A stretch of DNA of 64,000 bases from Eutreptiella sp. 'Long Island Sound 2002' (taxonomy: Eukaryota > Protista > Euglenida). How positions within the stretch are numbered: position 1 is the first letter of the stretch; every line of letters begins with the position of its first letter. Positions 25,464-38,100 of the stretch are shown here, piece by piece. A program made the translations under genes and the position numbers. The notes beneath the pieces are model-generated. The model saw nothing but the letters and a program-made list of their open reading frames with translations. It was not told the origin of the DNA and did no database searches. The stretch lies in assembly GCA_964036045.1 (NCBI GenBank), contig OZ038379.1, positions 31,248,001-31,312,000 on the forward strand, written 5' to 3'.

Positions 25464-25820
25464 TGACTAACAAGGGTTTTCAAAATGGTTGTTGGCCATT
25501 GGAAGACATGGTGCACATTTGGTCAACCATGAGAGCCTGGCTGATGGTGGCAACAACGCACAGGACATGGCGGCATGTCCCTTTCCTGGGCTGCGAAGTT
25601 GTTTCGATTTTCAAAAGCTCGGTTTGCACAACACAAGTCCTAAGAAAAAGGTCCCTGCCGGGGACCGCGCAGTGAGCCACGGGTGACGGAGCATTCTGTC
25701 GTGCTAGACAATCCACGGCCCGCTATCCACATCCCGTGAAACTTGGTGTGGCCTACAGAGAGGCCTAGGCAACATATGTCAATTGTCATGCATCGTAATT
25801 GAAGGGACTCGGAGTCGGCA

Positions 25821-26122
25821 AATTGTAATTGGATGCAGAAGCGAACATGTCAAAACCCCTTCTCACCTGTTGTCAGCATGTACATCATTGAAGGGGTCTA
25901 TGGTCGTAGGCGCCAAGGCCTAGACCGCAAACAATGAAAACACCTCAAGGGTGTTCTGCATAATCGGTTTGTCAGCGAATTGTAATTGGACGCAGAGGCG
26001 ACCATGTCAGAACCCCTTCTCAGCTGTCGTCACCATGTTCATCATTGAAGGGGTATATGGTAGTAGGCGCCAAGGCCTCGACCGCAAACAACCAAAACAC
26101 CTCAAGGGTGTTCTGCATAATC
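25821..26122. repeat. 157-bp tandem duplication (2 diverged copies)
   Basis: AATTGTAATTGGA...GTGTTCTGCATAATC at 25821-25965 and 25978-26122. Confidence 0.9.
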
Positions 26123-26158
26123 AAATTGAAGTTGTGAGATACACTGCTGTCAACAACA

Positions 26159-29100
26159 TTTTTTTTTGATCAAATAGGCCCGTTCAAATGTGCCATGGGC
26201 CACTGTGGGCCAAGTTCAATGCAGAGTACGGATTTCGGCAAAGCCAGGGTGTGCATACGGGCTGCAGCTCACGACTGCGCCCCCATGGTTTCCCGTTGAG
26301 GTAGTAGTGGTCATGTCATTGGTATTTCCCACTCGTTTGGATCCCAGTGCGTTTTGTGGCGTTTCGGCAGAGGCTGCAATGGGACTTCCCACAAGGTGGG
26401 GTCCCAGTGTTCTCGTGGCCGTTTCCGTATGAGGTATATCGTCTGTCGTGCTTGTCGGGTTGTGTGCCCGTATTGTGTTGTCTTATGTTTGCAGGCGTCC
26501 AGGTAGCACTGTGTCATGTTCGCCCAGTGTTCCTGCTGGCACCACATGTAGTGTGCCTGTTGTAGGTGATGGTCCAGCAGCTTGTCGGTGTCAGCGCACA
26601 TCTTCTTGTATCGCCCGCAGATCAGTAGCGATTTTTTTGCATCCGCATACCACGTCCCTGTGTCGTACTTTGCTTGCTCGCACCATTGCCTGCGTACCTG
26701 GCACATGTGTGTGTGCGTGTCGTGAAGTCCTTGTGCAGCCATCTTGTCCTTGATCAGTTTAGTAACCAGCAGGTGGTAGTCCGTTTTGACTGTTAGTGTG
26801 TTGGTGTAGCATGCGTGCAGGGTGCATAGGTGCTGCCGAGCTACCTCGGCAGCGTGTGCACTGTGGTATATGTCGTGTGTTCGCCGTGCGTGTTCCTGTG
26901 TCAACCTATCGGCGGTCGTTTTGTACTGCTCCCATCGTTGTGTGGCTACGCTGAGACGCCGACACTTCTGGGTTGGTTCTTCTAGGGCGGTGCCAGTGGC
27001 TCGCATTCTTGTTAGCCATGCCACTGCCTCGTCGTCGTTTGCAGCGCGCGCATCACGAATCCATTGGTCGGGGACTATGGGCTCCGCCGTTGCGACCTAG
27101 TTCCTACGTTTTCCTTACGTGCCGTTCCGCATGGGCGCCCCGACGTGATTGCGTAGGTTTTGTGGCGTTTCTCGCGGAGGCAGTGTATGAGCGACGTACT
27201 TTGTAAGCCATAGGGCGACGGTGGCTGGTGTGGTGTTGGGTCAGCGACTTTCCGTCTTAGTGTTCGGGCAGCCTGAATCATGCGAAACTGAAATAGGCCT
27301 GCATCCGTCCGTAGTTTGTGTCGTTCCGTGGTGGGTATGGCGTCGACGAGAGACAGGGGTATGAGCAGCCTGGCACAGAGCCACAGTTCCTGGCTGGTGG
27401 CCGTTTGCTGCCATTGATGGGCGTGTTGGGCCCAATCAGTCCAGCTCCTGCGCCACGGGTCCCAGAACTCGCCCCGGGCGGGGCAGTACGCCAGTCTAGA
27501 CTGCACTGATGCTCCGTGTTGTTGGCCACAGTGGGAGCATAGAGTGGGAGTTCGTTCCCAAGGGGCACCTATTCCCCACCACCTTACCGGCCCCCACAGC
27601 CATGGGGTTCACGCATTCCGTCTGTAGTGTTTCATGGGGAGCCAGCTCACCCAGTGCACCTCTGGTGTTTGTTTTTGTCTACGCACTTGCATAATCCATG
27701 CCTTGGCAGGCGTGGGCATGATTTGTCCGATGGTGACAATATCATGGGGTTGTGGTTGTTGGGAGTCCATGGGCAGGTTGTCGCCCATATTGGCAAGGAT
27801 ATCGAAGTGGTTGTTTCCCTGTATGTCTTGGTGCTTGTTATACGTAGTGGCTTGTTCTAGGGTACGGTGTCCCGGGGTCCACCTTATTGTCAGTCGCTTC
27901 GTAGAGGTGTTGTGGTAACCTATGTCGTGATAGTCTTGGTCTTTGACTACTCCCTTTCGTTTTATAGGTTGTGGCTTTCACCACACTTTGGTTGTCTAGT
28001 ATCATGTCGTCCCCCAGACTGGCCAGTTCAGAGGCCAGTGCGCAAGCGATCTCGGCTCGATACACTTGCTGTGGCCCATGCACCCGAAAAACTGCACGGT
28101 AGGTTCCGTTGTATATGCCCCCTCCCGCTCGTCCGTGCCGCTTCGACCTGTCTGTATACCACCGTGTGGTGGTGGGTTCTCCCGTGGAGTGTATGGTGAT
28201 CCCGTGGATCTTCTGCTGGTGTGGTAGTGCCTGGTAGACCTCGTGGGTTTACTTTGGGGTTGGCTCGTCCGGCGGGTTCATCCAGCCGTAGTCCAGACGG
28301 TTGGTAGCCAGCCTTGACTTCCCTGTGTGTGTCTCTTGGTCCTCCTCCGAGCTCTCCGAGTCGTATAGGCCCGCCGACGGAGGCCGATGTTGCCCGGGTT
28401 GGGATATGCGCTGACCTACCGTGCCCCCTAGGGCTCGGACAGCGTCGATGTATTTATATTGGGTTGCGGTGAGTTGTCGTGTAGGGCCGTTGTTCTGCAG
28501 TTCTTGCTGACACAGTGTAACCCACCGGGTGATATCGGACCACCATAACTGACGGAGACCTAGTCCCCCGTTGCTGCGGTTGGTAGTCCGTCGGTGCTTG
28601 TTCATTTGTTGTTCTATCCCGGGTGTGTCCTTGATGTACTGTAGGAGTATATCGTCCCAGTGCGCCATCCGTGCCCTGTTCCCGAGGAATAGCCCCCTGT
28701 AAGTCCATCCGGGGATGAGGACGGCGTTTATGATGGCTGCCTTTTCGGAAGCGTTTAGCGGCAGGGTCTTGTATGCCGCTATGTTGTGGTGCAGTTGTGT
28801 GGTAACCATGTCGCATGCTGTGTCTGCTTGTGTGGGGTGGGCTAGTACGTGCCCCAGATACGTCATTATTGGTGGCCGCACGGGGATGAGCTGGTGCTGC
28901 CATGTGATGGGGTGTAGGTTGCAGTCCTTAGCCCAGTGGTACACCTCTGTTTTGTCCTTATTGCGCCATACAGGGCCGAAACACCACGACCCTAGCCACA
29001 AAGCTACTCACCGACTTACACACACAAAACGGGTACGTGGCCCTCCTCGACGTGGCCAAAGCATTCCCCTCAATCCCTCAACCAATGCTGACTGGGATCG

Positions 29101-29413
29101 TTAAAGAGGCTGGGCACCAGAGAACATCATACGGATGCTGGGGGAAATATACCAGCACACACCGGCCGTATTGACCCTCCACGGAAGGGACCTCCCCATT
29201 AGTCCCACGAAGGGTATGAAAGAGGGGTGTCCCCTCTCCCCAACACTGTTTCTCTTATACTACGACATACTACTACGGGAAACCAAAGAGCGATGCCCGG
29301 AAGCCCAACTATACGTGTTCGTTGATGACATAGCGGTGCGCGCACCCACGAAGGAAACACTACTACACACGCTAGACACACTCGACGACGTGGCTTACAC
29401 AATGGGGCTACGC
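26159..29413 (-). mobile_element. LINE insertion (RT, RNase H, C-terminal extension) with inverted 5' segment
   Basis: Perfect 19-bp TSD TACACTGCTGTCAACAACA at 26140-26158 and 29414-29432; T9 tail at 26159. Minus strand: RT thumb (YLG, GGLGL) and RNase H (VYRAEI, DNQS, WTPGH..GNN). Plus strand 28962-29413: RT core. Confidence 0.95.
28962..29413 (+). pseudogene. Inverted RT-core segment of the LINE at 26159-29413
   Basis: LDVAKAF, GMKEGCPLSPTLF, FVDD, ending MGLR. The minus-strand piece resumes at 28962 with NKDKTEVYHW. Confidence 0.92.
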
Positions 29414-29845
29414 TACACTGCTGTCAACAACAAAGGTGAGATGCGGGAAATTGCAATTGTTTTCCGGGGGGTTCGTGTTTTCCGTGACACCTTTTTTCCT
29501 TGGGGGGGGGGGGGCTGCTTGAAAGCAACCAATAGCGGGGGGAGGGATGGGTGGGTCACCGGGGGGGGTTCACCATCAAGGGGGGCGGGCTTTTTCCAGT
29601 GAAGAATTTTGATGTGGACATGGGTGGGGATGTAGTGCATAATCAAGGGGTTCGGGGAAGGGCGGTTCATGGTTGGGTAATGGTGGTCCATAGAAGTCTG
29701 ATGGCTGATGTCTGATAGCCAACTAGGTCGCTATACACAATCCTGCAGCCCATGTGGGCTCACCGGCACGCCACGTTGAGGCTTGGGACCGGGTTGAGCG
29801 GGAGGGAATGACAGTCAAAAGGCTGGGGTGGAGGCGGTTGGTGGA

Positions 29846-29936
29846 AAAACAATAAACATTCAACAAACCTTTAGACAACAGTAGATGTGATCCCCTATTC
29901 AAGAAATACAAGTAGGCAAGTAAAACACGGGATCAC
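29846..29936. repeat. 91-bp direct repeat, copy 1 (partner 35013-35103)
   Basis: Ungapped alignment to 35013-35103 with about 13 mismatches in 91 bp. Confidence 0.85.
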
Positions 29937-32900
29937 ACAAGACAAAGCACCAAATCAGAGTAGCAATACACCTGTGGTATTGTTCATCCTTTAAGGCCAC
30001 ATCACACGAACAAAGGAACAAAGTGTGGCGTTGCGACACAAGCAATGTAACTCCTGCCCATACGGAAAATGGGTGCCAATCGCGCAGCAGCTAAATAGCC
30101 ACGGCGCATGGTCCCCGTATCCTAGAGCAAGTGCTGACACCAACCTACATCCAATGAAACATACATACCACACGGCGCACGAGCAATTGGGTATCTGGCA
30201 CCCACATGTATGGCAGCTACGCACCACAATCCGGCAGTTGGAGCACATAAGTTGAAATAAGGCGCCACTGTTCACACGCACACGCCAGCAATGCCTACAA
30301 AGGTGGTTACTGACATCCTTAACATCGGGATTCCCTGAATCCGTGAACACCTGCTCGGCTTGGGAGTGGAGTCGCTGCCCCAAGTCTTTCGCTGCCAACC
30401 CCAACAGCCCGAGTGCTTCGACTCGCGGACACGCCCGATCAAATACCAACCTCGCTTGCGTCCCCAACCAAATGCGGTGCACAAGGCTCCACGCCCATCG
30501 CGTGGATCGCACCGCATACATGTGTAGACGCGCACGCTCCCGCATACGCTCCGCAGCCGGAGCCAAACGGCGGTGGTGCCGGCAGCGCCGGCCACGACAA
30601 TTAATATTAAGGATCGCTATGGCACAAAAACAAGCACCCAGAACAAAAAGGCACTACAAGATCAAACCACCCACTCGCTACACTTGATGTGGATGAGCGA
30701 GCACCCGCCACAAACGATAAGCCTAGCTGCACGCACGTTGCATACCAGGCTGATAATTTCAATCTAGTCCACTTGGCGGATCAGCCGGTTGCAATACCCC
30801 TAGCACTAGGCGCACCTGTACAATCAATGGATGCTGTATCAAATGCAACATCTGGGCACGCAACAGAGGTTGTTGGCTATTTGACCATGTAGAAGCTCTC
30901 AGGAACAAAAACTGGCACGCCGCCACCTGCGATGCAGTCGCCAAAACGACATAAATTTAGCCCAGTCGCACGGCCCACCGTACCATCCACACAGAAGCCC
31001 AAAGCTGTGCACTCTGCTGCATATCCTTTTCTCGGGGAATAATCAGCGAACGAATAACGGACAAGTTCGGTATAAAACCCCCCCCCGGTATCAGATGGCA
31101 TCGAGCGATGCATCACCAAACATCACACGATGGCGCACAGCCCACAAACCACTCACCGCTGAGAGGGCCGCAATACGTGCCAATGCGGGCGGCTCCCAAG
31201 GGTCCATACACCGAACAATAGCAGTGCATAGCCCATGCGGGACTTTGCAAGGTGTGGGGCGCTCCAGCCCCCCCGCCCCCCACCGGTCGCAACAATAGGT
31301 TCCTGCAAGAAGCCTCCCCCAGCCCTCCAAACCGCGGTCGAACATGCCGGTGGATGAATCCTAAGGCCTTAGAAAGCAAGCGGGACGATGGGCGGGACCG
31401 GGTGGCCAGACGTAACCATATCTTAAACATTTGTAGGAAAGAACGGGAATGGGACTTGATCGTGCGCACACCCAAATCAATGTATTTGCCCAAGGAAAAA
31501 ATCTCTGTAACTGGTTCAAGGGCGCTTTTGACTGATACAACGAATGCCGCGTCTTCCAAGGCCCGCAGCGCACGCGCCGTGATAGCTCGCAATCGCACCG
31601 GGTCCGGTCCAGGAATCACGAAGTCATCTAGGTAGTGAAAAAGCACATAACTGTCCGGTATCAGGGGCCGCACTATACCGCCAAGGGCTGTTTGGCAAAA
31701 CAGTGGGGAGTGTTTGCACCGGAAGGGCATGCGGGACATACAAAAAATCCTATCCTCACCCTCCCACCGCAAACGGAAACGAAAACCCTTGCATATCGTC
31801 GCGGCAATGTAAAACTCGACAAGGCGTTTTTCAAATCAACATGTGTACAGAACAATGGTCTATCCGCCGTCCATTCCGCCAGCTTTTGCGAAATTTCCTC
31901 CTACCAATTCAAAGAAAATGACGCCGGCTTCTGCAAACCCTCATTCAAATCAACCAAGTAAAAAAGTACCGACATTTTCTCGGTGGTTTTGGGTATTATG
32001 ACAAGCTAGCATGTTCTCCTCACAGGACAACCCCTATCTATAAGGCTCACCACCCCCGCATTAAAGAGCCGACAAACGATGGGTAAAACCATGTCCTCGC
32101 GACTCGGGGAATAACCATCACGAGGCAAGGAAAACTCCGCAAAAGAGGCCTCAAAATCCAGAAGGGCTAGCTGATGCCACAACGTATAGGATATCTCATA
32201 GGTACCCATGTCACCCAGCCCTTGCCCAACCACCTGAGGATCCACCTTACCGAATCGAGGTACCGGGAATGTGGACAGGTGCAACATCACATCCCACGAG
32301 TCCAAAGGAAAAGCATTCAGGACATCAAAAATGATATCCGGCCAGATGTGAGTCGAAGATCTTCACAGGGGACGAACATGCGCAAGACAAACATAGGCAG
32401 GCACCGCATAAGCAACAACACACTACATGACAACGCCTGCTGAACTAGGGGAGGAAGGAAAAGAACATACTCAAAAAACTAACAAACCGGGAAATTGGTT
32501 CACACCTAACATACAATGGGTCTCAACGACGCAACGGCCAAGGACGCTGATCCGTCGGGGCAAGCACCCGCAAAACCCCCCGCGCCGACCTCACCACTAA
32601 GTCATATGCAGATGGGATTCCCCGAATCACTCCCCCAGGGGGCAAATTTCCAAGAGACTCCAGCACCTCCCTCACTAGACCTCGCTCCAGTGCCCTCGCC
32701 CTGACGCTTACCTTCGGGATACTAAGCCGCGTCCGCCCGAAAGCCCACCCGGATGCCGTCGCTTGGGGGCAGGTCAACAAGTCCTCGCAGAACCCAAGCC
32801 CACCGCCGCGCTCGCTGCATGATGCCGTCGGAAAAGTCAGGAATGGCTCAAACCAAAGACCCTCCTCTTCACCCTAAGCGCGCTGGTGCTAGGTCCCCCC

Positions 32901-34930
32901 GCTCTACCGACTCTTGGTGCGTGGACGGTCACCCGGGCACGCCTCACACGCTTTCCCCCAAGTACGGACGGAGCTTGGGATCCTAGTGTGAACTTTGCGG
33001 GGACGGTCTCTTGCGCTGTGGCCGTGGCGGTGGCAAGGGCGGCTGGTGCATTCCTAGAAGACGTCGGAGACTCTCCAGACTCTGACGATGCGGACGAAAC
33101 GTCCGGAGAATAAGAATCACACCCAACGCCACCCATCTCCTTCTCAGCTTCCGCCACATCCATATCAGCAAGAGATACAGTAGGCCCCCATGGACAAGTA
33201 CAGGTACTTCCGACCGAGTACTTTTGGTCGACCTCTCCGATTTGGCACACACGGCGTCGCCCCACAGGTCCACCAAGAGCACAACGATCCCCCCATCAAC
33301 AGCTTGGACGTCAACACGCAACGGCAGCTACAGTGCGCCAACCACCGCAAGGTTAGAGTACCCCAGAGAGTACTCAAGAACCGTGGCCAGACGGCGCCAC
33401 CGCCCCCACCAAACGAAATAGGGGAGGTTGGGGGAGCGGTGGAAGGCAGTGGTGCCCCCCCCCCCCCCCGCCCAGGCTGTGCCAGCAATGACCAGCGTAC
33501 AAGGAGTCGCGGAGGAGGTTGGCGAAGGGCTTCTCAACTGCCTCAACTCCTCCCCGAACCAACGGCTCACCTTAAGGCATGCAACAGGCCTGGGCATAAG
33601 CGCCGAGGAGACGGAACTCAGACCGCACCCACCCACACCTCCTGATGACCGCCGACTTTGGTTGTGACGAACAATACCACGCAATCGCTCGCCAGGCCTC
33701 CTGGCGTGATGGGCAGCGCTTCACAGACCCGGAGGAAAAGCAACCAAGTCGGGCAAGCAAGGGCAGCCACAGCTTGTTCCTTCGGCAATTACTCCCTGGA
33801 CCAGAGTAGACGGAGCCCGCACGGTCCCATGTAAGGCTACCCGGGCGTGGGGATACCCGACTTCGCAAGCCTACAATGGATGGCCCGCACACATCCTAGA
33901 AACGGTCTGACATCTTGAGCAGCCTGCACGGCTAAGACGTATCCTTAGATGGTTGACCTTGACTGCCGCATACTGATCCGCGACACGAGGAACTTAGATA
34001 GCGTGTCGGCAAACAACGACTGAAGTGCCGTTGCCCCCTCGAAGCCTGCCTAAGTGGACAACACGGATCGGTACCTGGCTTGAGTCTTGGGCGCCCATCC
34101 TCACACGCCCACGGCTACCACTTGATACGAGCCCACAGCTACCATCGCCATGGCCCAGGAGCCCGCCGCCGCCCAGAAGGTCGGTTGTGGTGCATGGTAG
34201 AGCACCGGCGCGGGGTTTTCCCGCCACCGATCGTGAATCCGAACACCAGCAAGGCCACCCCCACCCGGTCCCACCACAGAGGCCGCAATCCCGTCAGGAA
34301 TAGTGGGGGCATTGGAAATGCTAATGCCTCAATTGCTCTTGTGGGACATTTTCTTTGGCGCATCTCTGACAGTCACCCGATAGCCTAGCGGATACCGGTA
34401 TCCACCTCCCCCTCTTCGAAATCCATTGAAGGATGCCTTGCCACATGGCAAGAACAATGCCCTTGTACTTGAAGGATGCACTGCCCCTCTGGACGGCCTC
34501 CGACTAGCTCAACACATCCAACGGGCTACCCGGGTCCGCTCGGCTTCTGTTATCCGACACATAACACCGGGCGTACGCGTGCTGCGAGTCCATGATGATT
34601 CCCCATAGCCTGTATGCCCGGCGGTCTCCTCCTATACAATGCATGGCGTTGCCCAAGACGTTCGACGGCCGAATGGGTGCAACATCAGACGATCACACGT
34701 AATCACGCAGGGCTCTGCCCCATTGCCGCATCCAACTTGCCAACCTGTCTCCTCCCAAAAATTGCACCAGCGCCGCCACGTTCAGGTCCGGTACAACGTT
34801 GCGCTCAGCAGTCGTCAAACCCTCCAAGCGTGCCTGCAGATGTCCAATAGCTTCCTGTTGAGACTGCAGGAGAGCCCTCAGCTCATCCGCAAACATCTGG
34901 CTAGTGTGGGGCACTGTCGAGCCGCTCCCA
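29846..34930 (-). mobile_element. Tyrosine-recombinase retroelement B (gag-like, YR, RT/RNase H; VIPER-like order), decayed
   Basis: YR at ~33900-33360: FLRVCEA, TK, WHSL..GG, WGRW...LEY. RT at ~32300-31300: IPKTTEKC, VDLKNA, MPF, YLDD, KSALEP. RH at ~31150-30760: AEL, DN, PADPPS. Boundaries are approximate. Confidence 0.82.
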
Positions 34931-35012
34931 GCGCCCGCTGACTACTTATTTTGGCCCTTAGTTGATGAGCTTTTGAATGGGGATTTAAAAACTTGCATGT
35001 TGTGTAAACAAC

Positions 35013-35103
35013 AAAACAATAAATCTTCAACACATTTGTACACAACAGTAGATGTCCTCCCCTTTTCAAGAAAGACAAGTAGGCAAGTAAAACAGGGGTT
35101 CAC
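35013..35103. repeat. 91-bp direct repeat, copy 2 (partner 29846-29936)
   Basis: Same alignment as above. Lies between the RH end of element A and the gag of element B. Confidence 0.85.
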
Positions 35104-38100
35104 CCGTGGGGCTGTCCTACGGTTGAACTGTCTCAGAGACGGAGTTGTGGTTTTTTGAAATCGGGGAGGAAAAGACCTTCGGGGCTGTGGTATAGGCTTC
35201 TACGTAGTTGCTGGCCACCAAGAAAAGTGGAAAGGCCTCCAAAGAATCAAAATAAGGAGCAACGGTATGAGTCAAAGCCCCTAGAGGAAAGTGGAAAGTG
35301 AAGCCGTGTGGTTGGGGCGGTTTCATCATTATATCCGCCATCGCCGCCACCATCGCCATGGAAACAGCCTCAACACACTGCCCGGTGCTGTATGCTCAAG
35401 ATAATGTGAGATGAAACAAACACGTCCATCAAACACACGGAGCTCACCCAAGGAAACTTGGCACTCGGGTGCCCGCATAAAACGGTTCCTCTGCGGACTG
35501 CCGAGCACGAAAACGCTCAACTTCACTCCTACAGATCTCGTGACTACTACGAAAATCAAACGCACGATCTGCTGGGTTTGGCGGGTTAAGATCGGTGCTA
35601 ACCCAAAAATAGTCATAACCGGCCGTGACCATGAGAGAAACCAAATAAAACGGCGCAAAATGTGTTGTTGTACTTGCAACAAAATGCTAGCACGCAAAGA
35701 AGTGGCCTGCGTATGTGCCAGAAAACCGTCAAAAGATAGGCTTTGCTCCAGACCATAAAGACAACGAATTGAAAACTGCGCACAATCACAAGCAATTCCG
35801 CCTACTACAAAATGTTGATCCACTTTGGGCACCGCGAGTGTCCATGTCGCTCACACCGGAAGGTACACACAAATGAAAAATGGGCGGGCATCCCTAGACA
35901 GTGCCACGTCACAAAACAAGACATGCTCATCATCCACCCCCCTCGCAAGCAAGACAGGGCAAACATCAGGCTTAAGCCTTTGACTCAATATAGCAAAAAA
36001 AAACCGTGGTCATCAAATACCTCAAAAATGGCAAAGGACAACGAATATGGCTGCCCTACATCCCCCAATAAGCACCGGCCAGGAAAGCTGCTGCACTTGC
36101 ATTGGACGTGGGCGCCCATTCGAAACGCTCCGGGAGGCATCACATCAACATGGAGTCAAACGGTTCAACAACAACCAAAACCCACGGCTCTAGGAATCCA
36201 ACCAACAGTCCCTCTTTGTTCCCCATTTTTCCTTTCTCTGTGTCAAACCACCTCCGAACCAAGTCTAACCTCTGCGTTGGCTCACAAACAGACTTTGGAC
36301 TAATTAGGAACCCTGCTCTACGCAATTTCTGTGCGACGTAACACGCACCTTGTTTCACCTTCGACCTTCTTGCGAACACGAGGATGGCATCGACGTAAAC
36401 AGAACCATCTGTTTGCGAACCGGTCAACCGGTCAACACACCTCTCACTATTCCTAACACCAATTTCGGCCACAGCACCAGACAAAACGACCATCCAAATG
36501 GCAGCCTGATCTATCCATTACCCCCCCCCCCCATTCCCCCCGCACGTAGACCTTAAAAATTTGTCTCCGCTGGACCGGCAAGAGGATGCTCCAGCAAAAA
36601 TTGCTTGGATCCAATTTACACATCCACCACCCGGATTTCTTGCTATTGAAAACTAGACAAGCACGTATTTTCTTAACCTACTGAAAATAGAACCCTTTGG
36701 GCTTCACTCCACCCGCGTCATTTCGTTTTTTGCGGTCCAAAATAATGGTGCATTTTTCCGTGTCTTTTGGAATCACCACCGCCTGTCTTGTGGCCTGCTA
36801 GTCTCTGGTCTCTTTCAACCCACCCGCCACTCGGAATGCCTTTAACAACCCCTTCACCCCCCTCCCCTTGGATAACTCGGGATGTCTCTTTGAAAACCAC
36901 TCTTGGTACCTCTTACACAAATCCGTCGGCACCGACTTCTGCCACAGGTTGGGTGCTAGTCGAACACTACCGACAGCCCCAACCCCCTGCCAGACAGTTC
37001 CCGTTTTGCCCTGCAGTTGTCCTCCTCCTCCGGGTAGGAGACTTCAGTGCTTGCCTGCGAAAGACCAACTTGTGACAACATCTCCACGGCCTTCAAAATT
37101 CCAAATTTGGCCACCGCTGCTGAATTTGTCGTGTCCTCCACTGCTTGAACCATGGATAATAGTGCGGCATTCAGCCGGAGCCTTTGTTCCTCCGGGTCAC
37201 CGGCCATACCATCGACCGCCTATACCACATCGCATACCCTGCAATTCTCTCGGACGTTCAATCCTTCATCGGTTCTCCCATACACAACCTTGGCCACAGC
37301 TTCATCTTCATGCATCTCCGACCTCCAAGTGATACTCTCTTTGGGAATCAACCTCTTCCCTGCTTGCCAGATGTTGTGCGACTTCTGAGTCGGACTCACC
37401 GCCTCTACGTCGACGCTTTGCTCGAGCATTTTTCTTCTTCTTTTTGCCCAGAATCTCCCCGTGACGCCTACCAACGCCTGAATCACGAACCTCCTTAGAA
37501 ATACAGGCTGCCCACCAATGTGGACTACTGCAAGTGCCCATGTTGGCCTGTATGGTGTCCCCTTCGAACATTGGTAGTGGCCGTTGGCACCGTTCTCCGT
37601 ACACCCAGGAATGGCCTGGAGTGGCATAGTGCAATGCCACGGCAGGGGTTTCGGAACCACCCACCAGCTGCAAGGTGCTCCCCCGTCATCCGCTTGCCAA
37701 CAATTGGGCTACCCCGAGTCATCGCAGGCCAGGCCACCGTATTTCAGGCCATGATGTCTATGCCACGAGGCGCTTGAATTGCTCTTCCAACTCTTGCACA
37801 ATCCCGGAAATTTCCTGTGCTCCGTCCTCCCCGTGTCCGACTGCCTTCCCAAGTGTAGGAACTCGAGCCATCGCCCGGTTCATGCACCCACTGGCTGTAC
37901 TTGCCCTCCCCCCCCCCCCTCCCTCTGTTCTTGACTCCGAATAACTCCAAGACTCCTGGCTCCTTTCGCCAGACTGTAGTCACTTCGCTGACACGGAGCA
38001 AGTTTGTGCTCGCCAAAACCGCGAGAGCCAGCGCCGCTGCTCCTGCCCACGACGGCGTTGCTCTCTTGGCCACCATGTCAGGGAAGATCGATGATGGGGC

